Assembly: GCA_039190745.1 (NCBI GenBank)
Contig: JBCCXZ010000052.1
Span: forward strand, 1 to 30,322
Length of the DNA: 30,322 bases
DNA from: Planctomycetota bacterium
Lineage (GTDB): Bacteria; Planctomycetota; Planctomycetia; Pirellulales; Lacipirellulaceae
Direction: 5' to 3'
A program made the translations under genes and the position numbers. Below the pieces are notes generated by a model. That model saw only the letters and a program-made list of their open reading frames with translations. It did not search any database and was not told the origin of the DNA. This document shows, in pieces, positions 1 to 9,262 of this stretch; the first letter of the stretch is position 1, and each line of letters starts with the position of its first letter.

Positions 1-5
1 GCCGG

Positions 6-815
6 ATGCTCGACCTCGAGCTCGTCGCGCTGGAGTCGATGCCGTCGCTCAAGAAGCGCATCGACCAGGTCCGTCTGCACTACGCGGAGTACGAAGAGGC
101 AAAGCGTCAGCTCTCGAGCGGAAACCTGCGTCTCGTCGTTTCGATCGCGAAGAAGTACCGCAACCGCGGGCTCTCGTTCCTCGACCTGATCCAGGAAGGC
201 AACACCGGCCTGATGCGGGCGGTCGACAAGTACGAGTACCGCCGCGGCTTCAAGTTCAGCACGTACGCGACCTGGTGGATCCGGCAGGCGATTACCCGGG
301 CGATTGCCGACCAGGCGCGGACGATCCGCATCCCCGTGCACATGATCGACGTGCTCACGAAACTGCGGAACACCGCCAAGAAGCTGCAGCAGGAACTCGG
401 TCGTGAGCCGACCTACGAAGAGATCTCCCGCGCTTCGGAGATCCCGCTCGACGAAACGGAGCGGGTGCTCGAAATCGGTCGCCACCCGGTCAGCCTCGAT
501 CGCCCCGTCGGCAACAGCGAGGACAGCCACTTCGGCGACCTGCTGCCCGACGCAGGGGCCGAAAGCCCCGCCATCGGGGCCGCCCAAGAGATGCTCCGCA
601 CGCGTATCTCTAAGGTGCTCAAGACGCTCAGTTACCGTGAGCGGGAGATCATCAAGCTCCGCTACGGCTTGGGCGACGGCTACAGCTACACGCTCGAAGA
701 GGTCGGCCACATCTTCAAGGTCACCCGCGAGCGGATCCGGCAGATCGAGGCCAAAGCGGTCCGCAAACTGCAGCAGCCCAGCCGCAGCCAGGAACTTTCC
801 GGATTCCTCGACTAG
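6..815 (+). CDS. rpoD: RNA polymerase sigma-70 factor, RpoD/SigA family (regions 2-4; probably 5'-truncated by the window edge)
   Basis: Region 2 [12 protein letters not shown]...[54 protein letters not shown]; region 4 [26 protein letters not shown]. The frame is open to the window start. It could be a paralogue rather than the primary sigma. Confidence 0.92.
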   Translation: MLDLELVALESMPSLKKRIDQVRLHYAEYEEAKRQLSSGNLRLVVSIAKKYRNRGLSFLDLIQEGNTGLMRAVDKYEYRRGFKFSTYATWWIRQAITRAIADQARTIRIPVHMIDVLTKLRNTAKKLQQELGREPTYEEISRASEIPLDETERVLEIGRHPVSLDRPVGNSEDSHFGDLLPDAGAESPAIGAAQEMLRTRISKVLKTLSYREREIIKLRYGLGDGYSYTLEEVGHIFKVTRERIRQIEAKAVRKLQQPSRSQELSGFLD

Positions 816-876
816 CGGACGGCTTCCAACTACAGTCGATCCTAATCTGTTATCGCACGCCCCCCCCCGGCGAGCC

Positions 877-899
877 CCCCGGCACGCCGGGGTTTTTTT
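877..899 (+). terminator. Rho-independent terminator of the sigma factor gene
   Basis: CCCCGG-cacg-CCGGGG stem (877-892) followed by TTTTTTT (893-899), about 60 nt after the stop. Confidence 0.8.
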
Positions 900-946
900 A
901 ATGGCCAAAGCTTAAACGACTTAGGTTCGCTCTTGGAACGCGATGA

Positions 947-975
947 TTGACACACAACGATAGGCCGCATAACTT
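947..975 (+). promoter_or_regulatory. Sigma-70-type promoter for the riboswitch operon
   Basis: TTGACA (947-952), 17-nt spacer, TAACTT (970-975). The predicted start site near 982 falls just 5' of the riboswitch P1 stem. Confidence 0.7.
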
Positions 976-984
976 CGGTGACGA

Positions 985-1190
985 GTCGTGTGTTGGTGGT
1001 CGGCCCGAACCGCTTTTCGGGTCGACGAACAGGGAACTCCGGTGCGATTCCGGGACGGCCCCGCCGCTGTGACCGAGCACGACCAACGCGGTGCATTCCT
1101 TTGGCCATTGCCTAAGGCGGCGAAAGCCGTCCCAGGGTGAGAAGGCCCGGCCGCGTTGGGCTCGGGAGTCAGAAGACCTACCAGCACAGT
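985..1190 (+). ncRNA. Cobalamin (B12) riboswitch
   Basis: P1 TGTGTTGGT (989-997) pairs with ACCAGCACA (1180-1188). P2 is GTCGGCCCGAA/TTCGGGTCGAC. Core motifs AGGGAActCCGGTGcgAtTCCGG-ACGGCCCCGCCGCTGT, GCCATTG...GAGAAGGC and the B12 box GAGTCAGAAGACCTACC all appear in canonical order. Confidence 0.93.
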
Positions 1191-1368
1191 TGTACCGGTA
1201 CGCCCGCGAGGGACGAGCGGCCGCTAACGTCAATCGTAATGTGTCTTCGTCGACCCGTGATTGCCTGCGCAGATCGCTGTGCAAGGTTGTATTGATCCGG
1301 TCTGCCCGTGCGCACTTGCGCCCCGGAACCCGCAACCTCAATCTCTAGTCGCCGCGACGCCCACCGCC

Positions 1369-2241
1369 ATGCGGTCTGTTATCCCCCCCAACCGATGCCG
1401 TGCCCGAGGGTTCACGCTGGTTGAGCTGCTCGTGGTGATCGCGCTGGTCGGAGTGCTGATCGGCCTGCTGCTGCCTGCAATCCAGTCGGCCCGCGAATCC
1501 GCGCGCCGCACCCAGTGCAAGAACAACCTTCGGCAACTCGCGGTGGCGTGTCTTGCGTACGAGACGGTCGAGAAGGACTTCCCGATCGGGTGCATCGAGT
1601 GTCGGTTCTCGCCCGACCCCGCCCGGCGGAAGCAGATCGCCTGGAACGTCGCTACGCTCCCGCACATCGAGCAAAGCGCGGTCTACCAACAATTCAGCTA
1701 CAGAGAAGCCTACTCTGCTCCGGCCAACCGGGAAGCGGTCTCTGCCGTCATCCCGACCTTCCTCTGCCCCACCGTCGCACGCGGCCTGACTACCCCAAGC
1801 GATGAACCGGCATTCACCGACTACGGCGGGGTGTTCGGCGTTGAAGGCCCGGGCCGCAGCGCGCCGTTTGGGTCTCAGCACTACCTCAACGACGAATCAC
1901 TCGGCGTCATGCTCTACGAGGTTCCGACGCGCACCGCCGAGATCACCGACGGCCTCGCTCACACCGCCATTGTCGCCGAGTGCGCACGCCGAGAGACGGT
2001 TGTTGAGGGTTTCGTCATCGACTACGAGGCCCAGTGGGCCAACGGCCACAATCTGCTCGCGCAGCACCAAGACACGCAGCTCAACGCTACGCCCGACAAC
2101 GAAATCTTCAGCGAGCACCCGTCGGTCGCCGGGATCGCGTTCTGCGACGGGCACGTCGCGTTCGTTCACGAATCGGTGGACCAGGCCGTGCTGATAGCCA
2201 TGCTCACACGGGCTGGCGGGGAGGCGAGCCATGCCCCGTAA
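1369..2241 (+). CDS. DUF1559 family protein with prepilin-type N-terminal cleavage/methylation motif
   Basis: [46 protein letters not shown]-terminus and C-terminal H-X9-DG motif ([14 protein letters not shown]). ATG 1369 is preferred over TTG 1261, which lies in the riboswitch expression platform. Confidence 0.9.
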   Translation: MRSVIPPNRCRARGFTLVELLVVIALVGVLIGLLLPAIQSARESARRTQCKNNLRQLAVACLAYETVEKDFPIGCIECRFSPDPARRKQIAWNVATLPHIEQSAVYQQFSYREAYSAPANREAVSAVIPTFLCPTVARGLTTPSDEPAFTDYGGVFGVEGPGRSAPFGSQHYLNDESLGVMLYEVPTRTAEITDGLAHTAIVAECARRETVVEGFVIDYEAQWANGHNLLAQHQDTQLNATPDNEIFSEHPSVAGIAFCDGHVAFVHESVDQAVLIAMLTRAGGEASHAP

Positions 2242-3079
2242 CCTTCCCCTACTCGCTTGGCTCCTCGCTTGGCTGCCCGCCGCGGCCTCAGCCGGACCGG
2301 TGAGCTCGTTCAGCGACATCACCAACTGGACCGGCACCGGCGATCAACAAGCGGCATTCATCGTCGATTGGCAGGGCGAATCGTCTGGCGACAACGCACT
2401 CGCCTGGGGCTACCGCTGGGACGGCATGGCCTACGGCGAAGACATGCTCCGCGCTGTCGTCGCGGCGGACGAGAGGCTGTTCGCCAAGCTCAGCGGGCCG
2501 ACGCCACAGGGGGTGCGCATCTACGGTCTGGGGTACGACGCCGACAGCGATGGGCAGTTCGGCACCACCGATGGCGACTTCTTCAACAGCGATGGAGTCA
2601 CAATCTCCGGGGTGCCCGACAGTTCCTCGGCAGCCGCCGCTGCTTCCGACCCCGACGACTGGTACGCGGAAGGATGGTTCACCGGATTCTGGCACTATGG
2701 CCTGGCGGTGGAGAATCCGTACACCGACGGGCAGTGGTTCAGCAGCCAATTGGGGGCCTCAAAGATTCCGCTGGCTGACGGCATGTGGAACAGCTGGGCC
2801 TTCTCGCCAAACCTGCTGTACACGGTCTACGGCGAAAACCTACTAGCCGCGGAGAGCGACGCCGCAGCCGACCGCGACGCCGATAGCGACGTCGACCTCG
2901 CCGACCTGCTCGCCCTCCAGCGCGATTTCGACGCCGCGGGGCTCGACGCCTGGAACGCGGCGTTCGGCCTAGGCGGGATGGCGCTCTCCGCAAGCGTAGC
3001 GGTCCCAGAACCCTCACCGCTCACATTGTTGTTTTGTTTCTGTTTCACTCGATTTTGCAACCGGAGAAAAAGCTCATGA
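2231..3079 (+). CDS. Secreted PEP-CTERM surface protein with dockerin-like motif; possible cobalamin-related
   Basis: Signal peptide ([15 protein letters not shown]), WGYRWDG-containing domain, DxDxDxDVDLAD motif, and a VPEPS + hydrophobic + RRK tail. Overlaps the upstream stop. Confidence 0.8.
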   Translation: MPRNLPLLAWLLAWLPAAASAGPVSSFSDITNWTGTGDQQAAFIVDWQGESSGDNALAWGYRWDGMAYGEDMLRAVVAADERLFAKLSGPTPQGVRIYGLGYDADSDGQFGTTDGDFFNSDGVTISGVPDSSSAAAAASDPDDWYAEGWFTGFWHYGLAVENPYTDGQWFSSQLGASKIPLADGMWNSWAFSPNLLYTVYGENLLAAESDAAADRDADSDVDLADLLALQRDFDAAGLDAWNAAFGLGGMALSASVAVPEPSPLTLLFCFCFTRFCNRRKSS

Positions 3080-3930
3080 CCCGCCCGACAACTTTCCTGG
3101 CCGCCCTCGCGGCATTTGCGCTCGGCACGCAGCCTACGCTGGCCGCTAACCCCTGGGCCGACAACGTCGTCTCCTACAACGCGGGGACCGATCCCGCTCC
3201 CGGCTTCACCGACCCTACTTCCGCCCTCGGCGAGCCGACACGTATCTCCGGCCCAACGTCAATGTTCCCTAGCATCGTTAACCCGAATAGCCCAGCCTTT
3301 GGCACAGACGAAATTGTCTCGATCGGCGTCGGCGGGTCGCTCACCGTCTCGTTCGACGAACCGGTGACCGACGACCCCCTCAACCCGTTCGGCATCGACC
3401 TGCTGATCTTCGGCAATTCCTTCCTCACCGGCCTCTTCGGCCCCCCGCCCAATTTCGAATTCGACCCCAATGCGCCGTTCACCGGCATCGCCGATGAACC
3501 CGGCCGCATCGAGGTCAGCGCCGACGATGTCACCTATGTCGAAGTCAGTGGAGTGTTTGCCGACTCGTTCTTCCCCACCAACGGTTACTCCGACATCACC
3601 GAGCTGCCCCTCCCCTTCGGAGGCATATCCACCCCCGGCAGCGTGCCTTCCGACTTCACCAAGCCGGTCGATCCCAGCCTCAACGCCATCGGGCTGACGT
3701 TCCCTGAATTGATCGCCGCGTACGACGGCTCCGGCGGCGGTGTGGGCGTTGACCTAGCCGATGTCGGCTTGCCGAGCATCTCGTTCGTGCGGATCACCAA
3801 CCCGGGTTCCGACCCGACGGTCTCGCCGGAGATCGACGCCTTCGCCGACGTCCGCGCCATCCCTGAACCGACCGCCGCGATGCTCACTTCCGCAGCCTTG
3901 CTGCTGTCGCAGGCCCGCCGGCGCCGCTAA
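3076..3930 (+). CDS. Secreted PEP-CTERM surface protein; possible cobalamin-binding
   Basis: ATGA overlap with the previous gene and GGAG at 3063-3066. Signal peptide, VSIGVGGSLTVSFD...DLLIFGNSF...EPGRIEVS domain, and an IPEPT...RRRR tail. Confidence 0.82.
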   Translation: MTRPTTFLAALAAFALGTQPTLAANPWADNVVSYNAGTDPAPGFTDPTSALGEPTRISGPTSMFPSIVNPNSPAFGTDEIVSIGVGGSLTVSFDEPVTDDPLNPFGIDLLIFGNSFLTGLFGPPPNFEFDPNAPFTGIADEPGRIEVSADDVTYVEVSGVFADSFFPTNGYSDITELPLPFGGISTPGSVPSDFTKPVDPSLNAIGLTFPELIAAYDGSGGGVGVDLADVGLPSISFVRITNPGSDPTVSPEIDAFADVRAIPEPTAAMLTSAALLLSQARRRR

Positions 3931-3961
3931 CCCCGCGCACCGACCCTAACCGACGCTAACC

Positions 3962-4001
3962 GACGCTCCAAGCCGCCGAGCTACGCCTCGGCGGCTGCGT
4001 C
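3962..4001. terminator. Strong hairpin at a convergent gene junction (terminator-like, no U-tract)
   Basis: AGCCGCCGAG (3971-3980)/CTCGGCGGCT (3987-3996) perfect 10-bp stem, extendable by GACGC/GCGTC. Confidence 0.4.
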
Positions 4002-4736
4002 GGGCGCGGGTTCAGCCCCTTCATCGGTTTCTAGTGAACGAGCACCCCGCCTGAGAAACCGCCACAACAAAACCGCCGTCGCAACATAAGCCGCCTGAGC
4101 CGCAACGATCTCACGGAACACCTGCCGGGGCGAGATCACCACCTGGCTTAGGCACCCCGCCACCGCCACCGCGGCCACGAGCGGGATCACAAACCGCCGC
4201 ATCCCCAGCCGCACGACCCACACCCCCGCAAAGGGCGTGAGCAGCACCGCAGCGGTCTTGTAGGCGAAGTCTCCGCTCCGGAAGACCGGCTGGAAGTCCA
4301 TGTGCCGCGCCCCAAAACTGACCGCCGCCGCAACGATCGTCCAGCCGAACAGCTCCATAAGCGGCAACCGGAATCTCTCTCCATGCCCGTGGGCGTGCTC
4401 CAAACGCGTCGCCGCCGCATCCACCGCCGCAGCAACCCCGGCCACGAATGCTGTATAGACGGCCAGCACAGCGAGCCATACGCCACGGCCCATCGGCGCT
4501 TCTGACCCGGTCCACACGGCCAGCGCCGCGGTAACCGCCACCAGCAACCCCGCCCGCCCCAGCCGGTGCCCTCGCCCGAACGCCGCCCAGGCCGCCAGCA
4601 CGCCGACCTGCCCCAGCACAAGCCCGGTGAGCACCCCGTCCGCCGTGTAAGCCCGGTCGGGTAGGCGCCACAGAACGAAATCGAGCACCGCCGACGCGAC
4701 GATCAACAGCCAAACGAGGGGACGATCTACGTTCAA
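3981..4736 (-). CDS. Hypothetical integral membrane protein
   Basis: Several hydrophobic segments across 251 aa; lies 36 nt downstream of the AraC gene on the same strand. Confidence 0.7.
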   Translation of the reverse strand: MNVDRPLVWLLIVASAVLDFVLWRLPDRAYTADGVLTGLVLGQVGVLAAWAAFGRGHRLGRAGLLVAVTAALAVWTGSEAPMGRGVWLAVLAVYTAFVAGVAAAVDAAATRLEHAHGHGERFRLPLMELFGWTIVAAAVSFGARHMDFQPVFRSGDFAYKTAAVLLTPFAGVWVVRLGMRRFVIPLVAAVAVAGCLSQVVISPRQVFREIVAAQAAYVATAVLLWRFLRRGARSLETDEGAEPAPDAAAEA

Positions 4737-4772
4737 GAGGCTAACCGGCCTGGGGGCTCTCTTCCTGGTGAC

Positions 4773-5852
4773 TCACTCAAGCCACTGATGCAAACGCCGA
4801 ATGCTGTGCGAAAACTCTCTCGCCCGGGTATGGCCGCGACTCAAGACTGCCCGCCCCTCTAGGGCCACCTCCGCCGGGCTCTTGCCGTAGCGTTCCTTGA
4901 AAATCCGGTGGAAGTACGACGCGTTGAAGAAACCCCAGCGTTCGTGCACCTCGTAAATGTGCTTGAAGCTGTGTTTCGGAGAAGCCAACTCCCGGTAGCA
5001 ACGCGCCAGGCGGTGATCCTGGATATAGCCCTTGATGCCGCCGGGCACCGCGAAGTTCCGGTAGACGGTCGCCCTCGAAACCCTGAATACTCGTGCCAAC
5101 ATCTCTGGGCCGAGGTCGGGGTCGTCGAGGTGCTCTTCGAGATAACGCTTCATGGCGTCGGCTTGGGTCTCGCCGCTGCACCGCGGGGTTCTTGGTTGCC
5201 GCCCGTGGCGCGTGTCGTAGATCAACCCGTTCACCAGCTCGACCAGCTTATCCGCTAGGGCGGGGGCATCGCTCTCCGCGGCGTTGGGCAAACCCTCCCA
5301 AGTCTCCAGGCACAACCGCGCCAAAGCCCTCCCCGACCCGGTCGTTCGCGACCAATTCAGCGTCGGAGAGCTGCGGTAGACCCAGTCGATGGCCTCGATC
5401 CGCTCACGCGGGACAAGAATGCCCAGCTTCTCAGTCTCTTCGGCGGATGTCTCGTAAGGGTGCGCCCAATCGCACAGAGTGACCCGGTCGGGAGACATCC
5501 GCACTTTGTGGCCGCTCAGCACTCCCCGCTCGACGCCCACGCGCGGCAGGTGCAGGGTCACGTGGTCGCTCTCGCCGCCCCGGACCACTTCGGGGCTGCG
5601 GACGTACCTCATGGCCGAGAAGGCGACCTGGTTGAAGATCAGCTTGTCGACCTTGGCGAACCGCGTCGCCAAGCGGAACTGCGTCAGGGGCGTACGGGGC
5701 ATGGCCTCGAACACGGGCCGGCAGACCGTCCGCCAGTAGTCGAAGGCCGGCTCGCCGTTGGGAAACGTGTCCTCGACGATGACCAGCTTCGAATCCCGAT
5801 CGCCGTTCTCGTTCTGTGCAGTCTGGTCGGACACGCGCTTGATCTCCTGCAC
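4773..5852 (-). CDS. AraC family transcriptional regulator (FeaR/NitR-like architecture)
   Basis: C-terminal double HTH (LDDPDLGPEMLARVFRVSRATVYRNF...WGFFNASYFHRIFKERYGKSP) and an N-terminal FDYWR-type AraC binding-like domain. Confidence 0.88.
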   Translation of the reverse strand: MQEIKRVSDQTAQNENGDRDSKLVIVEDTFPNGEPAFDYWRTVCRPVFEAMPRTPLTQFRLATRFAKVDKLIFNQVAFSAMRYVRSPEVVRGGESDHVTLHLPRVGVERGVLSGHKVRMSPDRVTLCDWAHPYETSAEETEKLGILVPRERIEAIDWVYRSSPTLNWSRTTGSGRALARLCLETWEGLPNAAESDAPALADKLVELVNGLIYDTRHGRQPRTPRCSGETQADAMKRYLEEHLDDPDLGPEMLARVFRVSRATVYRNFAVPGGIKGYIQDHRLARCYRELASPKHSFKHIYEVHERWGFFNASYFHRIFKERYGKSPAEVALEGRAVLSRGHTRAREFSHSIRRLHQWLE

Positions 5853-6063
5853 GAGGGCGACCCGGCTGGTCGCTCATGCTGTCGCCGCTTCTGGCCGGCG
5901 GCTCAATTCTCACCGCCCGTGAGACAGAAGTGCAATAAACCCGCCGCCCGCCTCGGTATTATGCACGGTTCTTCGCCTCGCGACACACCCGCGCCAGAGC
6001 GGGCCCGACTGCACCACCCGATCCGCTTGCCAAGTTAGGCAGCAACCAGGAGCTAACCCAGCC

Positions 6064-8796
6064 GTGACAAGACTCACTCGAGCCATCGCCTGTATCCCGT
6101 TCCTGGCATGCTTCACCGCCGCACCCGCGTGGTGCCAAGTCGCCTACTACGCCCTCGAAGGCGACCTCAACGCCGTCGGGGCCCAGCACGACTTCTTCTT
6201 CGACCTGTCGCGCAGCGTCAGCAGCCCCGAGGTGTTCCAGTTCGAAACGTACGCCAACGCCGGCGGGCTGAACTTCGCGGAGATCTTTGTTGCCTCGGGC
6301 GGGATCGACGGCTTCCTGGAGCTCTTCACTGCCGCGGGCGTCTCCAGGGGCTCCAACGACAACGGCGCCCTAAGAGACGGGCCGAGCGGAGAGATGGGCG
6401 ACGCGATCCTCAGTTGGCCTGGGCTCGGCTTGGCCCGCGACGGGGGGCCCATCACGGTGAACCCAGTCGCGGCCGGCAGCTACCGGCTGAATTCTCGAGA
6501 GACTGCGGATAGCGCTACTGGGCCTTGGGCGGTCGAGCTGCTAGCTCCGCCCGACGCGATCACACTGACCAACGCGTCCGCCAGCGGCAACAGCACGTTG
6601 GAATCGCTCGCGTTCGGCACGCGGAACTCCGTGTCGGACAGGGCCCAATTCACGCTGAGCAGCTCGGCCCTGAGCGTGAGCTCAGACGTGGTTGTGGGGC
6701 GGACGGGCCTCGCCGCCCTACGCGTTGAAAGCGGCACAGCGATAAGCCGGGGGTTTCTCACAAGCGGCACAGGCGTCGTCGGTGATTTAGCCGGTTCGGA
6801 CGGCACAGCGCACGTCACGGGCACAAATCCCCAGGGGGGGAGTACAGAGTGGGGCGTCTCTAACTCCCTCACGGTGGGCAAGGCCGGGACCGGGGCACTG
6901 ACCGTGGATGGCCTAGCGAAAGTCACATCCAACAGCGGAGTCGTCGGGGAGGCTGCGGGTTCCAACGGCACGATCACCATTCGCGAAGGCGCTACCGCTC
7001 CATTTGGGAGCAAGTCGCGATGGGACATAAGTGCGGGGCTCTCCGTTGGTGTGGGGGGGACGGGGCAACTCAACATCGAGTCGGGCGCTCAAGTCACCAA
7101 CCTGAACGGCGTAGTGGGACAAAACGCCGGCGGTATCGGTAGCGTGGTGTTGAAAGGCAGCGCTGCTTCTGGCATCTCGGTATGGGACAACGCGGGCACG
7201 CTCGTCGTTGCCGAATCCGGATCGGGAACGATCGAGGTCCAAGACGGCGCTGCGCTGCGAGATCAAGGCAGCACAGTCGGCAAGAATGCAGGCTCCAACG
7301 GGGTGATAACCGTGACAGGAACCGACTCGGGCGGCAATCGCTCTAGCTGGACCTCCAACGGTAGCGCAATCCTAGGGGAGAACGGCAGTGGCAGCCTGAT
7401 TGTATCCGCAGGAGGCTCAGCGAGGCTTCCTATTACCGGCTCCACTGTTCTGGGCCAGGGATCGACGGGGTCGGGCTCAGCGTTAGTGTCGGGGGCCGGT
7501 TCCCTGCTTATCGCTAGTGACTTGACTGTAGGGGGCGCCGGGACGGGGATCCTCACCGTAGAAAACGGTGGAGAAGCCATGATTACCGGGACGACAACCG
7601 TTGGCCCAAACGGAACCGTCAACCTCAACGGCGGTCAACTCAGTTTCGGCACCGCGGACCCCACCGAGTTCGAACGGTTCAATGTGCAGAGCGGCACACT
7701 GATAGGAGAAGTCCCGACAAGCGGACTGATCGACATCGCGGCCCTGCCTCCCGTGTTGCGTGCCGGCTCCCCGGCGGACCTCAGCGGGGTGACTCTGAGA
7801 AACTCCGGGAGGCTCGTTGGCAACGGCAATCTCGCAATCAGTCTGGACAACCTTAGTGGCGGAGAGGTCGAGGTGATCACGGGCGAACGGATGCAATTCG
7901 GCGGCTCGACGAACGCCAACGGCGGCCAGATTACTCTTGCGGGCGGCCAAGTCGATTTCGCGACGGGGTTCACGAACCTATCCAACAGTCTGGTCCTCGG
8001 AAACGGCAGCCTCCGCACCGGGACCAGCACGACCAACGGCGGGACGATGGCTTTCAGTGCGACGGCAAACATCATCGGCGACGTGAACAACTCCGCATCT
8101 GGCCTGATCACTTCCTCAGGCGACACCACCTTCTTCGACGACGTGGTAAATAGCGGCACGATCCGCACCAACGCGGGCAGTTCCACCGTCTACTTCGGCT
8201 CGTACTCGGGCAACGGCGACACCGGAACGGGAACCGTCATCATGGAGGGCGACCTCAAGCCGGGGTCGAGCCCGGGGATCATGGCGTTCGCCGGCGACCT
8301 GGTGTTCGGCGACACGGCGGACACCGAGATCGAGCTTGGGGGGCTGGTCCCCGGCACGGAGTTCGACCAGATTACCGTCGCCGACCAGCTCACCCTCAAC
8401 GGCGACCTCGAGGTGAGCCTCTTCGGCGGGTTCACACCCTCCATCGGCGACTTGTTCCCGATCATCACCGCTGCCGGCGGGCTGACCGGAACCTTTGACT
8501 CCGCCCAGTTCCCTACACTCAGCGGCGGCCTCGGCTTCGAGACGATCTACGGCCCCAGCTCGGTCGACTTGTTGGTCGTGCCCCTCAACGGCGACTTCGA
8601 CGCCGACGGCGATGTGGACGTGGCCGACGCCCTGGCGGGCCAGAGGATAGGGGCTTCGCTCGACGCCTGGAGGACCAACTTCGGGACCGTACCATCGCCG
8701 ACGAGCGGAGTAACGGCCGTGCCCGAGCCGGGGGCCGTGATCCTGTTGCTCTTCGGCGCCGCTCTCCTGCCCCACGGCAGTCGCGGTAGCCGCTGA
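6064..8796 (+). CDS. Large secreted PEP-CTERM protein with about 6 T5SS/PEP-CTERM-associated beta repeats and a dockerin-like motif
   Basis: Signal peptide; repeats of the form W..s.LtVG..GtG.L.v..Ga.V...vvG..aGs.G; autotransporter-passenger-like C-terminal part (PGSSPG...FDQITV); GDFDADGDVDVAD; VPEPGAVILLL tail. Confidence 0.88.
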   Translation: MTRLTRAIACIPFLACFTAAPAWCQVAYYALEGDLNAVGAQHDFFFDLSRSVSSPEVFQFETYANAGGLNFAEIFVASGGIDGFLELFTAAGVSRGSNDNGALRDGPSGEMGDAILSWPGLGLARDGGPITVNPVAAGSYRLNSRETADSATGPWAVELLAPPDAITLTNASASGNSTLESLAFGTRNSVSDRAQFTLSSSALSVSSDVVVGRTGLAALRVESGTAISRGFLTSGTGVVGDLAGSDGTAHVTGTNPQGGSTEWGVSNSLTVGKAGTGALTVDGLAKVTSNSGVVGEAAGSNGTITIREGATAPFGSKSRWDISAGLSVGVGGTGQLNIESGAQVTNLNGVVGQNAGGIGSVVLKGSAASGISVWDNAGTLVVAESGSGTIEVQDGAALRDQGSTVGKNAGSNGVITVTGTDSGGNRSSWTSNGSAILGENGSGSLIVSAGGSARLPITGSTVLGQGSTGSGSALVSGAGSLLIASDLTVGGAGTGILTVENGGEAMITGTTTVGPNGTVNLNGGQLSFGTADPTEFERFNVQSGTLIGEVPTSGLIDIAALPPVLRAGSPADLSGVTLRNSGRLVGNGNLAISLDNLSGGEVEVITGERMQFGGSTNANGGQITLAGGQVDFATGFTNLSNSLVLGNGSLRTGTSTTNGGTMAFSATANIIGDVNNSASGLITSSGDTTFFDDVVNSGTIRTNAGSSTVYFGSYSGNGDTGTGTVIMEGDLKPGSSPGIMAFAGDLVFGDTADTEIELGGLVPGTEFDQITVADQLTLNGDLEVSLFGGFTPSIGDLFPIITAAGGLTGTFDSAQFPTLSGGLGFETIYGPSSVDLLVVPLNGDFDADGDVDVADALAGQRIGASLDAWRTNFGTVPSPTSGVTAVPEPGAVILLLFGAALLPHGSRGSR

Positions 8797-8808
8797 GAAA
8801 CGGTTCGC

Positions 8809-8916
8809 TCAGTCGGTGTGCGGCAGGTAACGGATCACTTCGTCCCGCTCCTCCTCGAACGTCTCGGCGAGGATGCTCGTGCCGCCCGTCTGCCCGGTGT
8901 TCTCGAATGCCAACAT
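8809..8916 (-). CDS. Putative small acidic protein (35 aa, MLAFENTGQTGGTSILAETFEEERDEVIRYLPHTD), not in the ORF track
   Basis: ATG 8916 with AAGGGGGA SD 7 nt upstream, TGA at 8809-8811, almost all codons ending in G/C. Sits in an otherwise empty gap of about 470 nt. Confidence 0.55.
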   Translation of the reverse strand: MLAFENTGQTGGTSILAETFEEERDEVIRYLPHTD

Positions 8917-9262
8917 TTCTGCGTCCCCCTTAGGGTCAGTAGCTCGGAAGCGTTGCCTGTTACTGCTATCAAGCGGCGGCGCCCGCCGAGTGTTACACGG
9001 GTGTCAGGAACAAGTGGCGCCGGGAAAGACCCGGATCGCCCGCACAAGGTTCGCGGCGGGGAAAACAGGGGCGCCAAGCCGCCCGATCCGCCGTTTCATC
9101 GGCAGGGGCCGCCCGGCGGTCCATCGGTCTTTGGCTCGGCTCTCATTCAGAAAACGAATGGAAGCGGCCCAAACACGGCCCTGGGCGGCCGGCGGCGTTG
9201 TACTGGCGTGCTCATCTGGCGAGAATGCCAGTTTGTGCCCGTCTGCCGGAGGCCCGCGTCTC

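Noticed and set aside
842..1348. Short ORFs on both strands between the sigma gene and the DUF1559 gene
   Set aside because: They overlap the promoter and cobalamin riboswitch and are translations of the RNA motif.
3939..3967. Three tandem copies of an approximately 10-nt unit (ACCGACGCTA)
   Set aside because: Too short, with no spacers or cas genes. Not a CRISPR array; probably slippage.
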